NCBI GenBank assembly: GCA_038229495.1
Contig: JBBROJ010000007.1
Location: 3,263-67,262, forward strand
From: Chthonomonadales bacterium
Lineage (GTDB): Bacteria > Armatimonadota > Chthonomonadetes > Chthonomonadales > CAJBBX01
Direction of reading: 5' to 3'
DNA length: 64,000 nucleotides
Part shown: positions 60,438 through 64,000 of the stretch, in pieces
Position numbering within the stretch: the first letter of the stretch is position 1
Layout: every line of letters starts with the position of its first letter
Program-made: the position numbers and the translations under genes
Notes under the pieces: model-generated
What the model was told of the DNA's origin: nothing
The model's database searches: none
What the model saw: the letters and a program-made list of their open reading frames with translations, nothing else

Positions 60438-61445
60438 TCATCGGAACCACTGCCCGACAGCGCCCTGATAAACGCCATGCACTTTTGAGGTGGGGTCTCC
60501 CAGAATGGTCCATTGCGATCCGGGATTCCCCTGTGCTGTTGCGTCCTGAACGGCTGACAGGACTGTTTCTTGGGCAGCAAGGAATTGCCAGACGCTCTTG
60601 ACCCAATTAGTCTTTTGAAGGGAATCGTAGCAACCGGTGTACCATCCGAGGAATGCCCTGTCGACCGAGGAAGTGATTATTCCGAATGCCGTTGACAGGG
60701 AGTCGTCGCCGGTACTCTCGCAGGCGTCGATGTGAACAAAAGAGTACGGAGGAAAGGACGTGCCTTTCGCGGAGACACGAGCGTTAATCTCCCCGGCATG
60801 AATATAATAAGTAGCGTCGTCACTGTTCGGCAACGAGAAACAATCCCCAAAAACGCCGGGAGCGCCGTGCGTATCCACATAGTAATGGGTAAAAATCGGC
60901 ATGTCATTCAGCATGGTGGTCTTCCGGTCCTCCGTTCCCCGGTACGAGGTCGGGAAAATCGCGACCTGCTGCGTCTGAACGTTTTGAGCGGATGCGATGG
61001 CATAATTCAGCGTATTTTTGCCATAGGACAGGCCCTTGTTGTATGCGGGCGGCGATGTCGTCCCTACAGCGGAACCGTAGTGGCCCTGCATGTCCCAGGC
61101 CTCGATCTTCACCGTGAGAAGCGTACCGTTCGGCCAATGTGTGCTGTCGAACGCAAAGCCGACTGTCGAGGGGACAGGAGGCGGGGTAGAATACGTGAAG
61201 TCTTTGCCCGTTTCTCCGTTGATGGTGAGCCTTATGTGATTGATCCACCCACTGCTGGTAGTCGCTCCGCCGCCCATCTGGGAGTTCGTTCCGGAGAACC
61301 AAGGAGGCATCGGGCCATTACGATAGATAGGAACGCAACACGTAACCTGGGCGTATGTCGGGCAGGAGACAATGGGGACGATCAACGTAATTGCTGCGAG
61401 GATTGAAAAGGTTCGGGAATTTAAGGCTGACCGACTTATCGGCAT
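60438..61445 (-). CDS. Secreted protein with Ig-like domain and clan CD (legumain/gingipain/caspase-like) cysteine peptidase-like domain
   Basis: Signal peptide from M29. YYVDTHGAPG (His-Gly) and FVHIDACESTG (Ala-Cys-Glu-Ser; compare legumain EACESGS) form a candidate catalytic dyad. Confidence 0.45.
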   Translation of the reverse strand: MPISRSALNSRTFSILAAITLIVPIVSCPTYAQVTCCVPIYRNGPMPPWFSGTNSQMGGGATTSSGWINHIRLTINGETGKDFTYSTPPPVPSTVGFAFDSTHWPNGTLLTVKIEAWDMQGHYGSAVGTTSPPAYNKGLSYGKNTLNYAIASAQNVQTQQVAIFPTSYRGTEDRKTTMLNDMPIFTHYYVDTHGAPGVFGDCFSLPNSDDATYYIHAGEINARVSAKGTSFPPYSFVHIDACESTGDDSLSTAFGIITSSVDRAFLGWYTGCYDSLQKTNWVKSVWQFLAAQETVLSAVQDATAQGNPGSQWTILGDPTSKVHGVYQGAVGQWFR

Positions 61446-61589
61446 GATGGTCTCCTTTGGAGTTGACCCTGCTTCGAGGAGTTCGGGTGAAATCGGATCG
61501 AAATCACCTGAATGGAGTATTTGTAGCATGAATCCCCCCTCTCTCCGTCAATGCGTGTGATGTTGCATAATAATATTGATCGGCCCGTT

Positions 61590-62165
61590 TTAACTCGCGG
61601 GATCCGGCCGAGGATCGAGATTATGCGCCTTAAGCGAGGCTACCGCCTCCTCCTTACTGATTCCCAGCTTCTCCAGCATGGTAATCAAAACGGCGTTCTG
61701 AAACTCCAGATGGCTGAGAATCACCTCAATCTCTTTCTCCGCTTTCACGTTCACTTCGAAGTCGTTCTCGGCGCGCAGCTCGGAGTGATGGCCTTGAAGG
61801 TTCTGGCCTACCATGATGAGCGGCATGAGAAGTATTTGAATCACGTTGCTCATAAGGAGATAGGCGACGAACGCGGGGAAAGGGTCGAATGCCTTCCAAT
61901 GGAGCGCAGGGACTTCCGTGGCAAGGATGTTGTAGCCGCACCAAAGAACGGTCCAAATGAAGATAGAGAGAAAGAAGCCCATCGTTCCGACCCGCGTTGT
62001 GATGAATATCGCCAACCTGTCTAGTCGGGACATTTTCTCTACGTGCTCCTTGTTAATATTTCGCGCCGGCTTGCGCGCTTTGATGAGTTCCCGCACGGGG
62101 CGCGGATGAAACTGGTTTAGAACGTCTGGCATTGCGCGCATTCCTCCACATAACCGAATTATCAA
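61590..62165 (-). CDS. DUF1003 membrane protein
   Basis: 191 aa. LDRLAIFITTRVGTMGFF..., DPFPAFVAYLLMSNVIQILLMPLIMVGQN and a C-terminal coiled coil are typical of DUF1003. The start is uncertain. Confidence 0.65.
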   Translation of the reverse strand: MIIRLCGGMRAMPDVLNQFHPRPVRELIKARKPARNINKEHVEKMSRLDRLAIFITTRVGTMGFFLSIFIWTVLWCGYNILATEVPALHWKAFDPFPAFVAYLLMSNVIQILLMPLIMVGQNLQGHHSELRAENDFEVNVKAEKEIEVILSHLEFQNAVLITMLEKLGISKEEAVASLKAHNLDPRPDPAS

Positions 62166-62287
62166 ATTATCGAGTTCGAGAAGCGGTCTCTAGCAACTGA
62201 GCGAAAGGCCTCGTGTTGAAGTTCCATATTGGCGACCGCTCCACAGAGTGTGCCCGCCGTAGTTCCGCAGCTTAAAGGTTCAACCGC

Positions 62288-63226
62288 ATGCTGAAACCTG
62301 CCGCATCGACCGGTGGTACAATCATTCATGCGATGAATCCTAATCTGCCTGTTTCACATTCTTCGCATGTTCACATTGTACGCTTCTTGTGCTTCTTGCG
62401 CTTTGCGATGAACAACATTGCGGACTGCCCATTTTACCCGCCCATGAATACTACCAGGACGTGCAGGATATGCCTGTACTGTTCAAAACCGATCCTCGAC
62501 GATGACCGCGTGGCAGCCTGCAGCTGCTGCTTCACCGCGCACCATGAGGAGTGCTGGAATCGCAACGGCCGATGCAGCACGTTCCGATGCATGGGCGAAC
62601 CGCGGACCATGCGGGGCGGTGATCTTCCCATAGTGGTTCAGGCTGCCCTGGACACCGGTAATGAGCAGCCTGAAACATGCCCCTTCTGCGCCAACCGAGT
62701 CTATCCCGGCACACTGCAAAGCAAGCCGGTTCACGCGGCAGGCCAGCCGAATCAGGGCGCGCAAAGCGGACTCATGTTTGTAGGGAAAGGAAAGCCGAAT
62801 CCGCACAAGGATTGGTTCGGGAAGCGCTTTCTATCCAAGATGCTCGGTAACAGAAGCTGGTTCCTCCCTGGAGGGCACATCAAATCCCGTTCATGCGCCA
62901 AGTGTCACAGACTGTTCTTGTGGGGAGCGGCGGTGGACGACGCTTTCTCTCAGAAGGCGCTGGACGAGTCCGGAGATCGATTCTGCCCTCACTGCGCGGT
63001 GCCACTCTGGCAGGGGCAAATATTATTGAACAACAAGCATCATGGCGGCGCGCGATTCGAATGCGACGGCATACCCACTCTGCATCAGGATTGGTTCGGC
63101 CATAATGTTCTCGACCGCTTCTTTCTTAATCGGTGGAACCCGACCGTCCAGACGCTTCCCGCCCGCTCCTGCCCCGACTGCCAGTTTACGGAGGTTGCCG
63201 GTCGGCCCATCTATCGGTTTCGATAA
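62288..63226 (+). CDS. Prok-RING-like zinc finger protein with two C-terminal zinc-ribbon repeats (DUF6487-like)
   Basis: CRICLYCSKPI...AACSCCFTAHHEECW..NGRCSTFRC is a binuclear treble-clef/RING-like pattern. It is followed by two repeats of CPxC...H(K/Q)DWFG...SCxxC. The likely start is M41 (62408). Confidence 0.55.
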   Translation: MLKPAASTGGTIIHAMNPNLPVSHSSHVHIVRFLCFLRFAMNNIADCPFYPPMNTTRTCRICLYCSKPILDDDRVAACSCCFTAHHEECWNRNGRCSTFRCMGEPRTMRGGDLPIVVQAALDTGNEQPETCPFCANRVYPGTLQSKPVHAAGQPNQGAQSGLMFVGKGKPNPHKDWFGKRFLSKMLGNRSWFLPGGHIKSRSCAKCHRLFLWGAAVDDAFSQKALDESGDRFCPHCAVPLWQGQILLNNKHHGGARFECDGIPTLHQDWFGHNVLDRFFLNRWNPTVQTLPARSCPDCQFTEVAGRPIYRFR

Positions 63227-63233
63227 GCGGTAT

Positions 63234-63396
63234 GGGTCGTTGGGTCGACGGGCCGTTGAGCCGTTGGGTCGTTGGGTCGATGGGCCGTTGGGTCGTTGGG
63301 TCGTTGGGCCGTTGGGAGCGGCGCAACACGGAGGTTGCTCCCTCCAAAAGGCGAGCGGCCACATAGGGCCGCCCCTACTCAGCACTCAGCACTCAA
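63234..63396. repeat. Composite element: 10 x octamer GGGYCGWY (63234-63313), 23-nt core GCGCAACACGGAGGTTGCTCCCT (63321-63343), GC hairpin, then 3 x ACTCAGC heptamers (63376-63396)
   Basis: Read directly. It starts 8 nt after the stop at 63226. The core and heptamers equal the reverse complement of 23566-23618. Confidence 0.92.
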
Positions 63397-63524
63397 AACC
63401 CGTAGTCTTGCGTTGTGCCGCGCCACCTTTCTGGCACGAATCATGCAGTTACAGAGTGAAAGCAGCTGCAATATCACTACAAAGTAACTACAAAGTAACT
63501 ACATGGTTTGTGGAGTAGAAAGAA

Positions 63525-64000
63525 TGAACACCCCGATTCGCCGCCAAGCGCTCCTGGTCTTCGCACTGATAGTCCTCGCAAATGCAGCGGACCTCGTAAG
63601 CACTTACCTGGCTTCGCCGGACCTCGCGGACGAATGGAATGTCCTTCAACGCCACTTTCATCTGGGTTGGGCCGGCCTTTTCGGTGCCAAGATCATCGGC
63701 GGGTCGCTTGCCATCCTGGGCTACTACTACTATCTGCTCCACCGTGACCGTTGCTATCCGCCGCCGGGCGCGGACCCGCAGGCATTCCGGCGGCATCTGT
63801 CATTCGGGCGGCAGGTCTCGGTCGCGGAGATGTGGGGCGGCTTTCCGGTGGGACTGCACCTCGGCGTGAATCTGGGCTACTTCTGGGCGGGAATGCAGGG
63901 ACTGGTCCTGTGGGTCGCGATGGACAACATGTTGCTCCGACAGGGAATCGTATTCCCGCTGCGCAATTGGTCGGAAATGGGCTATCATCTTCTACAGAGC
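63525..64000 (+). CDS. Polytopic membrane protein, partial (runs off window)
   Basis: My own translation from the ATG at 63525: MNTPIRRQALLVFALIVLANAADLVSTYLASPDL...GAKIIGGSLAILGYYYYLL... It is open to the window end and absent from the ORF track because there is no stop. Confidence 0.6.

Overview
High-GC (about 60%) bacterial chromosomal window. It holds roughly 55 credible protein genes, one tRNA, no rRNA and no CRISPR array. DUF1559-type prepilin-like proteins, a PEP-CTERM protein and copper-amine-oxidase-N-like stalk domains suggest an Armatimonadota- or Planctomycetota-like organism; this is recognition from memory, not a search. All domain and family names below are my recognition of the translated ORFs.

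Layout:
- 1-14.0 kb, mostly minus strand, housekeeping: beta-propeller protein, MEKHLA protein, orphan phnE, mntR-mntH, a nucleotidyltransferase toxin-antitoxin-like pair, GH15, a murI/GerMN/amidase operon, and DUF4139.
- 14.2-25.5 kb: a compact phage head-morphogenesis module (TerL, DUF935-like portal, protease-scaffold, DUF2190 decoration protein, HK97-like capsid, small connector-like ORFs). I see no tail, lysis, integrase or replication genes, and host-type genes are interspersed.
- 25.6-33.2 kb, patchy accessory region: a secretin-N-only protein, an orphan sugar ABC permease, an aldo/keto reductase, an AT-rich tract with a transposase fragment, vapBC, an MFS transporter, a frameshifted DUF1559 gene, and tRNA-Val(GAC) with a decayed copy of its 3' half 1.1 kb away.
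- 33.6-49.9 kb: greA, fused E1 and E2 of a 2-oxoacid dehydrogenase, M16 peptidase, MOSC, dapB, a decayed junk region, a large LamG protein with a NagB-like gene, and an RRM RNA-binding protein.
- 50.5-58.8 kb: a type IV pilus assembly cluster (two pseudopilins, fused PilMN, PilO, secretin, PilP-like).
- 59-64 kb: secreted proteins, DUF1003, and a Prok-RING zinc-finger protein.

Two things stand out. First, the tail-less capsid module. Second, a window-wide family of 7-12 nt short-tandem-repeat arrays. These occur as complementary pairs predicted to fold into long hairpins, start flush against stop codons or ribosome-binding sites, and share conserved core motifs between distant loci. Other points of interest are two candidate small RNAs or attenuators behind near-consensus sigma70 promoters, a MITE-like repeat in three copies, and an in-frame TGA followed by a hairpin.
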